Shown one piece after another: positions 8,905 to 16,752 of a DNA stretch of 24,000 nucleotides. The stretch's first letter is position 1, and each line of letters opens with the position of its first letter. The translations under genes were made by a program, and so were the position numbers. A model generated the notes under the pieces. It was not told the DNA's origin. It searched no databases and saw nothing but the letters and a program-made list of their open reading frames with translations. The DNA is from Candidatus Electronema sp. JC (GTDB lineage: Bacteria > Desulfobacterota > Desulfobulbia > Desulfobulbales > Desulfobulbaceae): the NCBI RefSeq assembly GCF_048287365.2, contig NZ_JBLWEM020000070.1, positions 98,456 through 122,455 of the forward strand. Direction: 5' to 3'.

Positions 8905-10011
8905 ATGAGAACAAAGGTGCTGCTGACTGCCGCGATGCTGCTGCTTCTGTCCGCAGGCGGAGCTTTGGCCGGAGGAAAACATAAGAATTACACCTGCGAC
9001 GACTGCTCGCCGGACTGTTTGAAAAATCCCTACGGCAAGGGCTGCCCCGCTGTCTGCCGCTCGCCGGAATGCCAGGAGGCTTCCTGTGACAGCTGCACCC
9101 CGGAGTGCAGAAAAAACCCAAGCGCGGCAGGCTGCCCGGAAATTTGCAAGGATGTCAAGTGCCAGTCCTGCGAGGACTGCACCCCGGAGTGCAAGGTCAA
9201 TCCCGCTGATCCCGCCTGCCCCGACATCTGCAAGGACATCAAATGCTACACCTGCGAGGACTGCACCGCCGACTGCATCATCAATCCGTCCGGCCCCGGT
9301 TGTCCTCCGGCCTGCGCGGATCTCGGCTGCAATGTCTGCGACAAATTCCCCAAGGACTGTCCTGCCTCATGCAAAGACAATTCTGACGATCCGGCAAAAT
9401 GTCCGGAAGCCTGCAAAGGCGTGCCTGAGCAGTGCATTCCGGTGAAGCAGGTCACTTGCGACGACTGTCCGCCCAGCTGCAACGACAATCCTGAGCAATG
9501 CCCGCCGGAATGCCAGGAGCTGAACTGCCATCCCAAACCTGAAAGCCAGGCTGGCCCGCTCCGCTTTGTCGGCGACATCGGCTATTTCAAGCAGACCGAT
9601 CCTGCCGACTACGCCTTTGGCCGCATCGGCGCGGAATGGAGTCCCTTTGCCGCTGGCAGCGATTTTGAGAATGTCTCCTTCCTTGCCATGCTCGGCGTGT
9701 CCGCGCAGGTCGGCGGCACAGACGGCGACGACGCGCTGCTGCTCGACGTGTTCGCCCAGTACAACTGGAAAGCGGGTGACGTGGACGGCTGGATCGGCTT
9801 GGGCGTGGGCGGCTGGATCACCTCCGGCGACGTGGATGACGACTCTGGCGACACGGACATCGATGTGATGGCCAATGTCGGTGCCCGCGTTTATGGCGAT
9901 CCCGACGCGTTCAACGCCTCGCTCTTCCTCGAAATCCGCAGCGCGGTGGACGAGTTTGACGGCTTGGCCGAATATGGCCGCTTCGGCGGCGGTCTGCGGC
10001 TGAAGTTCTAA
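8905..10011 (+). CDS. Secreted cysteine-rich repeat protein with a C-terminal outer-membrane beta-barrel-like domain
   Basis: Sec-type signal peptide MRTKVLLTAAMLLLLSAGGALA/GG. Residues 31-208 carry 36 Cys in repeats of the form C-x2-C-x3-C-x8-CP-x2-C-x4-C. Residues ~220-368 are Gly/Asp/aromatic-rich with alternating hydrophobicity and end in ...GGLRLKF (terminal Phe, OMP beta-signal-like). A strong terminator follows. Confidence 0.85.
   Translation: MRTKVLLTAAMLLLLSAGGALAGGKHKNYTCDDCSPDCLKNPYGKGCPAVCRSPECQEASCDSCTPECRKNPSAAGCPEICKDVKCQSCEDCTPECKVNPADPACPDICKDIKCYTCEDCTADCIINPSGPGCPPACADLGCNVCDKFPKDCPASCKDNSDDPAKCPEACKGVPEQCIPVKQVTCDDCPPSCNDNPEQCPPECQELNCHPKPESQAGPLRFVGDIGYFKQTDPADYAFGRIGAEWSPFAAGSDFENVSFLAMLGVSAQVGGTDGDDALLLDVFAQYNWKAGDVDGWIGLGVGGWITSGDVDDDSGDTDIDVMANVGARVYGDPDAFNASLFLEIRSAVDEFDGLAEYGRFGGGLRLKF
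8995..9528 (+). repeat. In-frame tandem coding repeats (about 84 nt / 28 aa, six units, the last two degenerate)
   Basis: The best units are 9085-9168, 9169-9252 and 9253-9336 (CDSCTPECRKNPSAAGCPEICKDVKCQS / CEDCTPECKVNPADPACPDICKDIKCYT / CEDCTADCIINPSGPGCPPACADLGCNV). Shared DNA strings include tgcgaggactgcacc and ccggagtgca. Confidence 0.9.
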
Positions 10012-10021
10012 GCCGCAGCAG

Positions 10022-10052
10022 GGGGCCTGCGTTCCAGCAGGCCCCTTTTTTT
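10022..10052 (+). terminator. Rho-independent terminator of the Cys-rich OMP gene
   Basis: ggggcctgc (10022-10030), loop gttcca, gcaggcccc (10037-10045), then seven T (10046-10052). Confidence 0.85.
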
Positions 10053-10141
10053 CTTCCGCATTCAGTCAAGTTCATCGGCATTATTCAGCAGTAACTCCTT
10101 GTTTATTTTTATCATTTTTTTTGCTTTCAGCGGGTGCCGAG

Positions 10142-11749
10142 ATGATCACCAGAATGAAAATATCAGGCTTCAAAAATATCGTTGATCTTGATGTCCATTT
10201 CGGTCCATTCACCTGTATTGCCGGAGCGAATGGCATAGGAAAATCAAATCTTTTTGATGCGATCACTTTTCTGAGTTTTCTTTCTGAAAAAACATTTATT
10301 GAAGCAGCGATGTCTGTGCGAGGAGAAGGCGGACGGGCTTCAGACGTGAGGCATCTCTTTCACAGGAATGGAGATATTTACAGCAATACTATGTCTTTTG
10401 AAGTCGAACTAATCATCCCTGCTGAAGGAATTGATGACTATGGGCAGCCTGCAAAAGCCAGCATAACTTCCTTAAGGTACAAAATTATCCTTGCATATAA
10501 ACAAGATGACAACCATCCTTCTCAAGGAATGGTCGAACTCGTTCACGAGAGCTTAGAGCCTATAAAAAAAGGAGATGCTGCCAAATGTTTTCTCTTTTCT
10601 CAGAAAGCTGGAACATGGATAAACTCTGCAATCACAGGCCGACGTGCAGGCGGTCCGTTCATTTCAACCACAAAAAAAGAAAGCGATCAACTCATTCAAA
10701 TGCACCAAGACAGCGGTGGTCAAATGCACCAAGGCAGCGGTGATGGGGAGAAAAAAAAATGGCGGCGCGGCAGTGGACGTTCTTTTCGGGCGGCGGCATT
10801 GCCCAGAACGGTTCTTTCTTCTGCTACAAATGCAGTAGAAAGCCCAACAGCCTTGCTAGTCAGAAGAGAAATGCAGTCGTGGCGGATGCTTCAGCTGGAA
10901 CCTTCAGCACTTCGCAAGCCTGACGATATAACCTCGCCGAGAAGGCTGGGGGCAAATGGCGCACATCTGCCTGCAACGCTTTATCGGCTGGCGGGATGCA
11001 GTCAGCAGGATGCTGAAGATGCGGCAAAGCAATCTGATGGGGAACAAACTGACATCGAAAGTCAAGTCTACGCTGAGCTTGCAAACCAGTTGTCTGAATT
11101 AATTGATGATGTTAATACAGTGAGGGTTGATCGCGATGAAAAACGGGATTTGCTGACACTGGAAGTAGTTGACCGCAACGGAACTGCTCACCCGGCCCGT
11201 TCTTTGTCAGATGGGACTTTGCGTTTTCTGGCCTTGTCAATACTCGGCATGGACAAAGAGGAAAAAGGAGTTCTCTGTTTGGAGGAGCCTGAAAATGGCA
11301 TTCATCCAGAACGAATTCCTGCAATAATTCAACTTATTCAAGAGATTTCGACAAACACTGACATAGAGCTTGACGCAGACAACCCTTTAAATCAAGTGAT
11401 TATTAACACCCACTCTCCGGCTGTAGTGGCGCAAATACCAGATGACTGTCTTCTTATTGCTGAATTAAATGAATATTTGAATCAAGATGGAAAACGAGGC
11501 AGAGGTCTGTCGTTAAGCTGCCTTGATGACACATGGCGTGATAAATTAGAACTACGGCAAAAAATTGTTTCCAGAGGCAAGCTGCTTTCATATCTCAATC
11601 CAATTGAGCCATCCAAGGAAATTCAAAAAGATACAGTCGAAGAAACCGATCCTTCTAATAATAAAACTACAAAAAATGAACAGTCGTCACGCAGTCGCCG
11701 CAGAGTTGTTGACAGGATGCAGCAATGGCTGCCCGGTTTTTCCAAATGA
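10142..11749 (+). CDS. SMC/RecF/OLD-type ABC ATPase (AAA_15/AAA_21-like)
   Basis: MITRMKISGFKNIVDLDVHFGPFTCIAGANGIGKSNLFDAI (N-terminal strand plus Walker A), Q-loop-like WRMLQLEP, signature-like LSDGTLRFLALS, Walker B/D-loop VLCLEEPENGIHP, and H-loop IINTHSP. About 320 aa separate Walker A from the signature motif. The ORF opens at TTG 10121; ATG 10142 (or 10154) is preferred. AT-rich relative to the flanks. Confidence 0.88.
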   Translation: MITRMKISGFKNIVDLDVHFGPFTCIAGANGIGKSNLFDAITFLSFLSEKTFIEAAMSVRGEGGRASDVRHLFHRNGDIYSNTMSFEVELIIPAEGIDDYGQPAKASITSLRYKIILAYKQDDNHPSQGMVELVHESLEPIKKGDAAKCFLFSQKAGTWINSAITGRRAGGPFISTTKKESDQLIQMHQDSGGQMHQGSGDGEKKKWRRGSGRSFRAAALPRTVLSSATNAVESPTALLVRREMQSWRMLQLEPSALRKPDDITSPRRLGANGAHLPATLYRLAGCSQQDAEDAAKQSDGEQTDIESQVYAELANQLSELIDDVNTVRVDRDEKRDLLTLEVVDRNGTAHPARSLSDGTLRFLALSILGMDKEEKGVLCLEEPENGIHPERIPAIIQLIQEISTNTDIELDADNPLNQVIINTHSPAVVAQIPDDCLLIAELNEYLNQDGKRGRGLSLSCLDDTWRDKLELRQKIVSRGKLLSYLNPIEPSKEIQKDTVEETDPSNNKTTKNEQSSRSRRRVVDRMQQWLPGFSK

Positions 11750-12381
11750 AAGAAATACGCTGCACACTTCTTACTGACGGCAGTTCTGACAAAGCCCTGC
11801 TGCCAATCATTTCATGGCTCTTCCGGGAGCATTGTCCAGATTTCGCTGTTCAGAAAGCATGGGCAGACCTGTATAGGCTTCCCAAAGGAACTGTGAAAAC
11901 GTTGCCGGATCGCATCAGATTTAGCATTGAGCTTTATCCATGCGATGTGTTGTTTATTCATAGAGATGCTGAAAAAATGGAGCTGGAGGAAAGAATTGCT
12001 GAGATTCAAACCGCTTTGCAAGACACTGAGCATCCGCCGACAGTCTGTGTTGTGCCAGTCAGAATGACGGAAGCGTGGCTGCTGCATGATGAGCCTGCCA
12101 TCCGGCAGGCGGCAAGCAATCCAAATGGTCGGCAGCCTTTGTCATTGCCAAAAATGAGCAGCGTTGAAAATTTGCCCGATCCGAAACAAACTCTTTATGA
12201 CTTGCTGCGGACGGCAAGCGGGCCGATCAGCCGCAGGAGAAATTTTGATCCGGGCAGAATGGCACATCGCGTTGCAGATCGGATAAGCACCTTTGAACCA
12301 CTGCGTCAATTGTCCGCGTTCAGCAGGTTTGAAAGGGAACTTGTGGCGGCAGCCAAGGAGCAGCGTTGGACAATGTCATAA
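11746..12381 (+). CDS. DUF4276-like / TOPRIM-like small protein, partner of the ABC ATPase
   Basis: ATG 11746-11748 overlaps the ATPase stop TGA 11747-11749 (ATGA). Motifs: MKEIRCTLLTDGSSDKALLP (strand plus acidic motif), VLFIHRDAEK, VVPVRMTEAWLLHDEPAI, and NLPDPKQTLYDLL. Layout and length (211 aa) match my recollection of DUF4276. The family call is from memory and the first acidic motif is atypical (TDG rather than EG). Confidence 0.6.
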   Translation: MKEIRCTLLTDGSSDKALLPIISWLFREHCPDFAVQKAWADLYRLPKGTVKTLPDRIRFSIELYPCDVLFIHRDAEKMELEERIAEIQTALQDTEHPPTVCVVPVRMTEAWLLHDEPAIRQAASNPNGRQPLSLPKMSSVENLPDPKQTLYDLLRTASGPISRRRNFDPGRMAHRVADRISTFEPLRQLSAFSRFERELVAAAKEQRWTMS

Positions 12382-12409
12382 TTTCTGCTCAGTTGCTGCC
12401 GCCCGCACT

Positions 12410-12895
12410 TCAGCAGACCGCTCCGGCCTGAATTGCAATCACCTCGAATTCACGCACGCCGCCCGGCGTTTTGGCGACGATTTCATCGCCCACGGCCTTG
12501 CCGAGCATGGAGCGGCCCAGCGGCGCGAGCACGGAGATCGAGCCGCTTTTCACGTCCGCCTCTTCCGGCCCCAGCAGCTGGTAGGTGATCTTTTCGTCAG
12601 TGTTCATGTCCAGCAAGGTGATGACCGCGCCGAAGACCGCCCTTTTGGTGCTGACCTTGGTGCAGTCAATCACCTCGGCCCGGCCCAGCTTGTCCTTCAG
12701 CTCCATGATCCGGCCTTCAAGCAGGCTCTGCCGCTCCTTGGCCGCGTGATATTCAGCGTTCTCCTTCAGGTCGCCGTGAGCGCGGGCGGTCTCGATGGCG
12801 TTGACCACGTCAGGCCGCTCAACTTTCTCCAGCCGCTCCAGCTCCTGTTTCAGCTTGGCGTATCCATTCTTGGACATGGGGATGCGTTCAACCAT
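12410..12895 (-). CDS. greA: Transcription elongation factor GreA
   Basis: MVERIPMSKNGYAKLKQELERLEKVERPDVVNAIETARAHGDLKENAEYHAAKERQSLLEGRI... ATG 12893-12895 is preceded by AGAGGA. The track ORF starts 9 codons earlier. Confidence 0.95.
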   Translation of the reverse strand: MVERIPMSKNGYAKLKQELERLEKVERPDVVNAIETARAHGDLKENAEYHAAKERQSLLEGRIMELKDKLGRAEVIDCTKVSTKRAVFGAVITLLDMNTDEKITYQLLGPEEADVKSGSISVLAPLGRSMLGKAVGDEIVAKTPGGVREFEVIAIQAGAVC

Positions 12896-13006
12896 GATGC
12901 TGCGTTCCTCTTCCTTGTTCAATGGGTTTGCGATGTGCGGAAAATAAAATCCCTCCGCAGCAGCTGAAGCCGCAGGGGAAGGAAAAGCTCTTTGCTGCTG
13001 CCGTGT

Positions 13007-14194
13007 TTACGCGCGGTAAAACTCGGCGATGACTTCGACCACGTATTCTTGCTGCTCCCGGCGCAGTTCCGGGAAAATCGGCAGAGCGAGCGAGTCCTGC
13101 GCCAGCTGCTCGGCAATGGGCATGGACAGCTCGTTGCTGCCGTATTTTTTCATGCAGTCCTGCTTGTGGAGGCAGACCGGGTAATAGATCTCGCAGCCCA
13201 CACCTTTTTCCTGAAGATGTTTGCGCAGCTCCTCGCGGCGCGGCGCGCGGATGACAAACTGGTTGTAGATATGGTGATTGTGCGCCGCCGCGTCCGGGCT
13301 GGCCGCATGAACCGCTTTCGGCAGGATCACTGGATTGTCCGTCAGTCCGGCCTGGGCGAACAGTTCGCAATAGATACGGCTGTTTTTCTGCCGCTGCTTG
13401 TGCCATTGTTCGAGATGCGGCAGCTTGACGCTGAGGACAGCGGCCTGAATCGGATCAAGACGGAAGTTGCCGCCGATCTTGGCATGATAATATTTCGGCT
13501 GTGCGCCGTGGTTGCGATAGCAGCGCAAGGTTTCAGCAAAGGCTTTGTCCGATGTGACGACCATGCCGCCGTCGCCCAAACAGCCAAGGTTTTTCGACGG
13601 GAAGAAGGAGTAGCAGCCGACCAAGCCCATTGCTCCGGCGTTGCGCCAAACTGTGGAGCCATTTTTCTCCTGCATCGGATATTCTGAGCCAATAGCTTGG
13701 GCCGCGTCCTCAATCACAGGGATGCCGTATGTCTGCGCCAATGCCATGATTTTGCCCATGTCCGCGCACTGGCCGAAGAGATGCACCGGAATGATGGCTT
13801 TGATGGTCTTGCCGTTCTTGGCATCGTCGGCGAGCAGCTCCGCCATCTTGTCGGGGTCAATATTGAAGGTTGCTTCCGCAACATCGGCGAAGACCGGCAG
13901 GGCACCCACCCGCAAAATTGCACCGACTGTGGCGAAGAAGCTGTACGGCGTGGTCAGGACGCGGTCGCCCGGCCCGATCTCCAAGGCCATCAGCGTCATC
14001 AGCAAGGCATCGGTGCCGCTGCTCACGCCAATGCCGAAGCCTGCGCCGCAGTAAGCCGCAACATCCTGCTCAAGCTGCATGACCTTGGGGCCGAGGATGT
14101 AGGCGGTGGAATCAACCACCTCGGTGACAGCCCGCAGGATGTCGTCACGCAGGGCGGCGGTCTGCGGATGCAGATCCAGAAGGGGAACGTTCAT
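13007..14194 (-). CDS. DegT/DnrJ/EryC1/StrS-family PLP-dependent sugar aminotransferase
   Basis: MNVPLLDLHPQ...YILGPKV..LE...A.YCGA.FGIGVSSGTDALL...PVHLFGQ..D...I...A...GIPVIEDAAQA.GS, with the PLP lysine context YSFFPSKNLGCLGDGG. ATG 14192-14194 has GAGG 5 nt upstream. Confidence 0.93.
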   Translation of the reverse strand: MNVPLLDLHPQTAALRDDILRAVTEVVDSTAYILGPKVMQLEQDVAAYCGAGFGIGVSSGTDALLMTLMALEIGPGDRVLTTPYSFFATVGAILRVGALPVFADVAEATFNIDPDKMAELLADDAKNGKTIKAIIPVHLFGQCADMGKIMALAQTYGIPVIEDAAQAIGSEYPMQEKNGSTVWRNAGAMGLVGCYSFFPSKNLGCLGDGGMVVTSDKAFAETLRCYRNHGAQPKYYHAKIGGNFRLDPIQAAVLSVKLPHLEQWHKQRQKNSRIYCELFAQAGLTDNPVILPKAVHAASPDAAAHNHHIYNQFVIRAPRREELRKHLQEKGVGCEIYYPVCLHKQDCMKKYGSNELSMPIAEQLAQDSLALPIFPELRREQQEYVVEVIAEFYRA

Positions 14195-14236
14195 GCTGAC
14201 CTCAATGCTCATGATGTGATGGGTGGAGAATATTCC

Positions 14237-15238
14237 TCAATGAATTTCTGAGCTGACTGAGGAGCTGGATTCTGTGTCAAGATAATCCCGGACATCGGGC
14301 AGCTCTTTTTCAAAAATGGCGCGGAGCTTCTTGAGCAGATTGGCCTCGATTTGGCGCACCCTCTCCCGCGAAATCTTAAACTGCTCAGCGATGACTTGCA
14401 GTGTCTCCGGCTCGTCGCTGAGCAGGCGGGTGTTGAGAATGACCTTTTCTTTGTCGTTCAGCAGCTCGTCAACCTGGCCGAGAATTTTCGAGATGCGCTC
14501 CCGCACCTCGTTCAGGGCGACGATGTCCTCCACCGCCGGGCCGCCGGCTTGGAAGAAATCCTTCTGCTCCTCGTCTGAATCGCCCAGCACCGGCGCTTCA
14601 AGGGAGACATCCCAGCTGTCCATGCGCTGGCCCATCTCCACCACTTCGCTTTCCTTGACCTGAAGCCGTTCGGCCAGGAGCTTGACATCCGGGGCGAAAC
14701 CCTGCGCCTCCAGCAGCTTCTTCTCCTTGTTGAGGCTGAAGAAAAGCCTGCGCTGGTTCTGGGTCGTGCCGATTTTCACCAGCCGCCAGTTGTCCATGAT
14801 GAACTTGAGGATGTAGGCGCGGATCCAGTAGGCGGCGTAGTAGGAGAACTTCACGCCCCGGTAGGGATCAAATTTTTTCGTCGCCTGCACGAGGCCGACA
14901 TTGCCTTCCTGCACCAAGTCCATGAAATTCTGCATCCAGTATTTCTGGAAGTCCATCGCCACTTTGACCACTAAGCGCAGGTTGGCGGAAACCAGCCGGT
15001 AGGCGGCCTCCGGGTCGCCGGTCTCGCGGAAGCGGACAGCCAGCTCGTCAGTCTCTTCGCGGGAGAGCAGCTCATACTGGCTGATCTCCTGCAAATAGCG
15101 GTGCAGGGCTGGGTTGCTGACCGCTGGCAGGTGCTCCTCATTGGAAGAGACCAAGGCCACCGCGTACTGCTGCTGACTGTCCTCATCCAGCAGCTCCGCC
15201 TCCTGAATCTCCTCCAATTTGCTGTTCTCGTCGTTCAT
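14237..15238 (-). CDS. rpoH: RNA polymerase sigma-32 (heat-shock sigma factor) with an acidic N-terminal extension
   Basis: Region 2 LRLVVKVAMDF...DLVQEGNVGLVQATKKFDPYRGVKFSYYAAYWIRAYI, RpoH-box-like VKIGTTQNQRRLFFSL, and region 4 ISRERVRQIEANLLKKLR. ATG at 15236-15238. About 60 residues precede the LSREE segment, many of them acidic. Confidence 0.9.
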   Translation of the reverse strand: MNDENSKLEEIQEAELLDEDSQQQYAVALVSSNEEHLPAVSNPALHRYLQEISQYELLSREETDELAVRFRETGDPEAAYRLVSANLRLVVKVAMDFQKYWMQNFMDLVQEGNVGLVQATKKFDPYRGVKFSYYAAYWIRAYILKFIMDNWRLVKIGTTQNQRRLFFSLNKEKKLLEAQGFAPDVKLLAERLQVKESEVVEMGQRMDSWDVSLEAPVLGDSDEEQKDFFQAGGPAVEDIVALNEVRERISKILGQVDELLNDKEKVILNTRLLSDEPETLQVIAEQFKISRERVRQIEANLLKKLRAIFEKELPDVRDYLDTESSSSVSSEIH

Positions 15239-15267
15239 GCTTCCAATTTTTTTAAACGGGCCTGCGG

Positions 15268-16644
15268 CTATTTCAGCAGGTGCTGATTGACAATCGTCAC
15301 GCCGCTCAACATCGAGCCAACTATGCCAAGATAGCCCTGATCCGTGCCTGCGATGAAGAGATTCGGCCACGGGGTTTTCCCGCTTTTAATCTTGACCGGG
15401 CTGCCATAGACTGCGCCGGCGCATTTGCCGGTGAAGCGTTCGATGGTCAGCGGGGTGAAGCTGTCCTGATAGACCGCGTCCCGGCTGTAATCACCAAGAA
15501 TCTGCCGCACTGCCGCCGCTGACTGCTGGCCGCAGTCCGCCTTCAGCCGCCGGTATTCCGCTTCGTCGGCCTGCCGCCAGAGATCGTAGTTGGCCGCGTT
15601 GGTGACGCGCACCTGCGCCGGGCCGCTCCGCGCCAAGCCTTGGAAGTGATCGGGAAAGCAGATCACGCCCCACGACGGGTCAATCGGCCCGGCAGGACGG
15701 TGATAGGCCAGCCGCTGCTTGAGGCTGTAGAAAATGATCGTCTTGCCGCTGCGCTCCGGCGGCAGGCGCAGCTCCGGCACGAGGCTGATGCTTTCCATAA
15801 AGCTCATCCTGCCGGTGTAGCGGCCTGCTTCCAGCGGCCAGCCGCTCATCTCGGCAGTGCCGGGAATGCCTGCGGTGGACAGCACGGCCTCGGCGGCCAG
15901 CTCCTCGCCGCTTTTCAGGCGGATGCCGCGCACCCTGCCGTCCTTGCTGAGAATTTCATCCACCGGAGCGCGGAAGCGGATTTCGCCGCCGAACGCCTTG
16001 TACTGGGCCAGCAGCATGTCCAGCAAATTTTTGATCGTGCCTGCGGGCCGGAAAAAGCCTTCGAGAAAAACGGCCCGGAACATGATCGCAAACTGGCCGA
16101 TGTCCATGTCATCTTCCTCGGCGTTGCCGTAGACCATCAGCGGCAGCAGGAGCATGTCCTCCAGCAGCGGCTCGGCCAGCCGCTCGCGCAGGAAGGCCCG
16201 CGCCGACTGCCAAGGCCGCTCGGCAAAGGGATCGTAGGCATCCACCTCGCGGACAAGGCTGCGGAAGCGGTCAGCCGCCAGTGGAAAATGGGCGGCGATC
16301 TCCTCGATGAGCAGGTTGAGGTCGTTGGAGAAACGCAGACTGATGCCCGGAAAGATCACCTCGGATTCCAGCTGCTCGTGGGTGGTGAATTCTTTGCGGG
16401 AGAGCTGGAGCTGGCGGAAGAGCCGGTTCAGCGGCGCGTGCTTCACCCCCGGCGGAGCAAAGTTGGTCATCGCGTGCAGGCCGGTCTCCAGCAGATGCCC
16501 TTGGCGGAGGTAGTACGAATTGAGGCCGCCGGGCAGGCTGTGCTGCTCGACAATCAAAACTCTCTGCCCAAACCGCGCGGCGCGGATGCCGGCAGCCAGC
16601 CCGGACAGGCCGCCGCCAATGATGATGAGCTGCCAGTCAGCCAT
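15268..16644 (-). CDS. NAD(P)/FAD-dependent oxidoreductase, phytoene desaturase (CrtI)/amine oxidase-like
   Basis: N-terminal Rossmann motif LIIIGGGLSGLAAGIRAARFGQRVLIVEQHSLPGGL and C-terminal NLFIAGTDQGYLGIVGSMLSG, in a 458-aa protein. Confidence 0.85.
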   Translation of the reverse strand: MADWQLIIIGGGLSGLAAGIRAARFGQRVLIVEQHSLPGGLNSYYLRQGHLLETGLHAMTNFAPPGVKHAPLNRLFRQLQLSRKEFTTHEQLESEVIFPGISLRFSNDLNLLIEEIAAHFPLAADRFRSLVREVDAYDPFAERPWQSARAFLRERLAEPLLEDMLLLPLMVYGNAEEDDMDIGQFAIMFRAVFLEGFFRPAGTIKNLLDMLLAQYKAFGGEIRFRAPVDEILSKDGRVRGIRLKSGEELAAEAVLSTAGIPGTAEMSGWPLEAGRYTGRMSFMESISLVPELRLPPERSGKTIIFYSLKQRLAYHRPAGPIDPSWGVICFPDHFQGLARSGPAQVRVTNAANYDLWRQADEAEYRRLKADCGQQSAAAVRQILGDYSRDAVYQDSFTPLTIERFTGKCAGAVYGSPVKIKSGKTPWPNLFIAGTDQGYLGIVGSMLSGVTIVNQHLLK

Positions 16645-16690
16645 GATGGTCTGCGAGGAAACGAGGCTGCGCCGGAGTGGCGCGGGAACT

Positions 16691-16720
16691 AAAAAACAGA
16701 GGCAGGCCAGAGACCTGCCT
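16691..16720 (-). terminator. Rho-independent terminator downstream of the ACP gene
   Basis: The minus strand reads AGGCAGG-tctctgg-CCTGCCT followed by ctgtttttt (plus-strand stems 16700-16706 / 16714-16720; A-run 16691-16696). Confidence 0.7.
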
Positions 16721-16752
16721 TTATTAGCGGAGCGGTTCAGCCCGGCCTGCGC

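Noticed and set aside
8995-9528. Reading the Cys-rich repeats as multihaem cytochrome sites, exported ferredoxin-like Fe-S sites, or a CRISPR-like DNA repeat array
   Set aside because: No CXXCH motif is present. The signal peptide is Sec-type with no twin-arginine motif, which argues against export of pre-assembled Fe-S clusters. The DNA repeats are in frame, contiguous (no spacers) and only about 65% identical, so they are coding repeats, not CRISPR.
10084-12416. 8-nt direct repeat TTCAGCAG at both edges of the ATPase cassette (10084-10091 and 12409-12416) as a possible target-site duplication
   Set aside because: An 8-mer match over 2.3 kb is expected by chance, and the right copy overlaps the greA stop codon. 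No inverted repeats or recombinase gene accompany it.
15640-16692. Plus-strand ORF of 350 aa opposite the FAD oxidoreductase. The same applies to 12293-12967 opposite greA, 12992-13687 and 13697-14251 opposite the aminotransferase, 7924-8613 opposite the cytochrome b gene, and 16-594 / 214-684 over pfk
   Set aside because: All are antisense or out-of-frame shadows of genes with clear family motifs. Their translations are Arg/Ala/Gly/Pro-rich without motifs.
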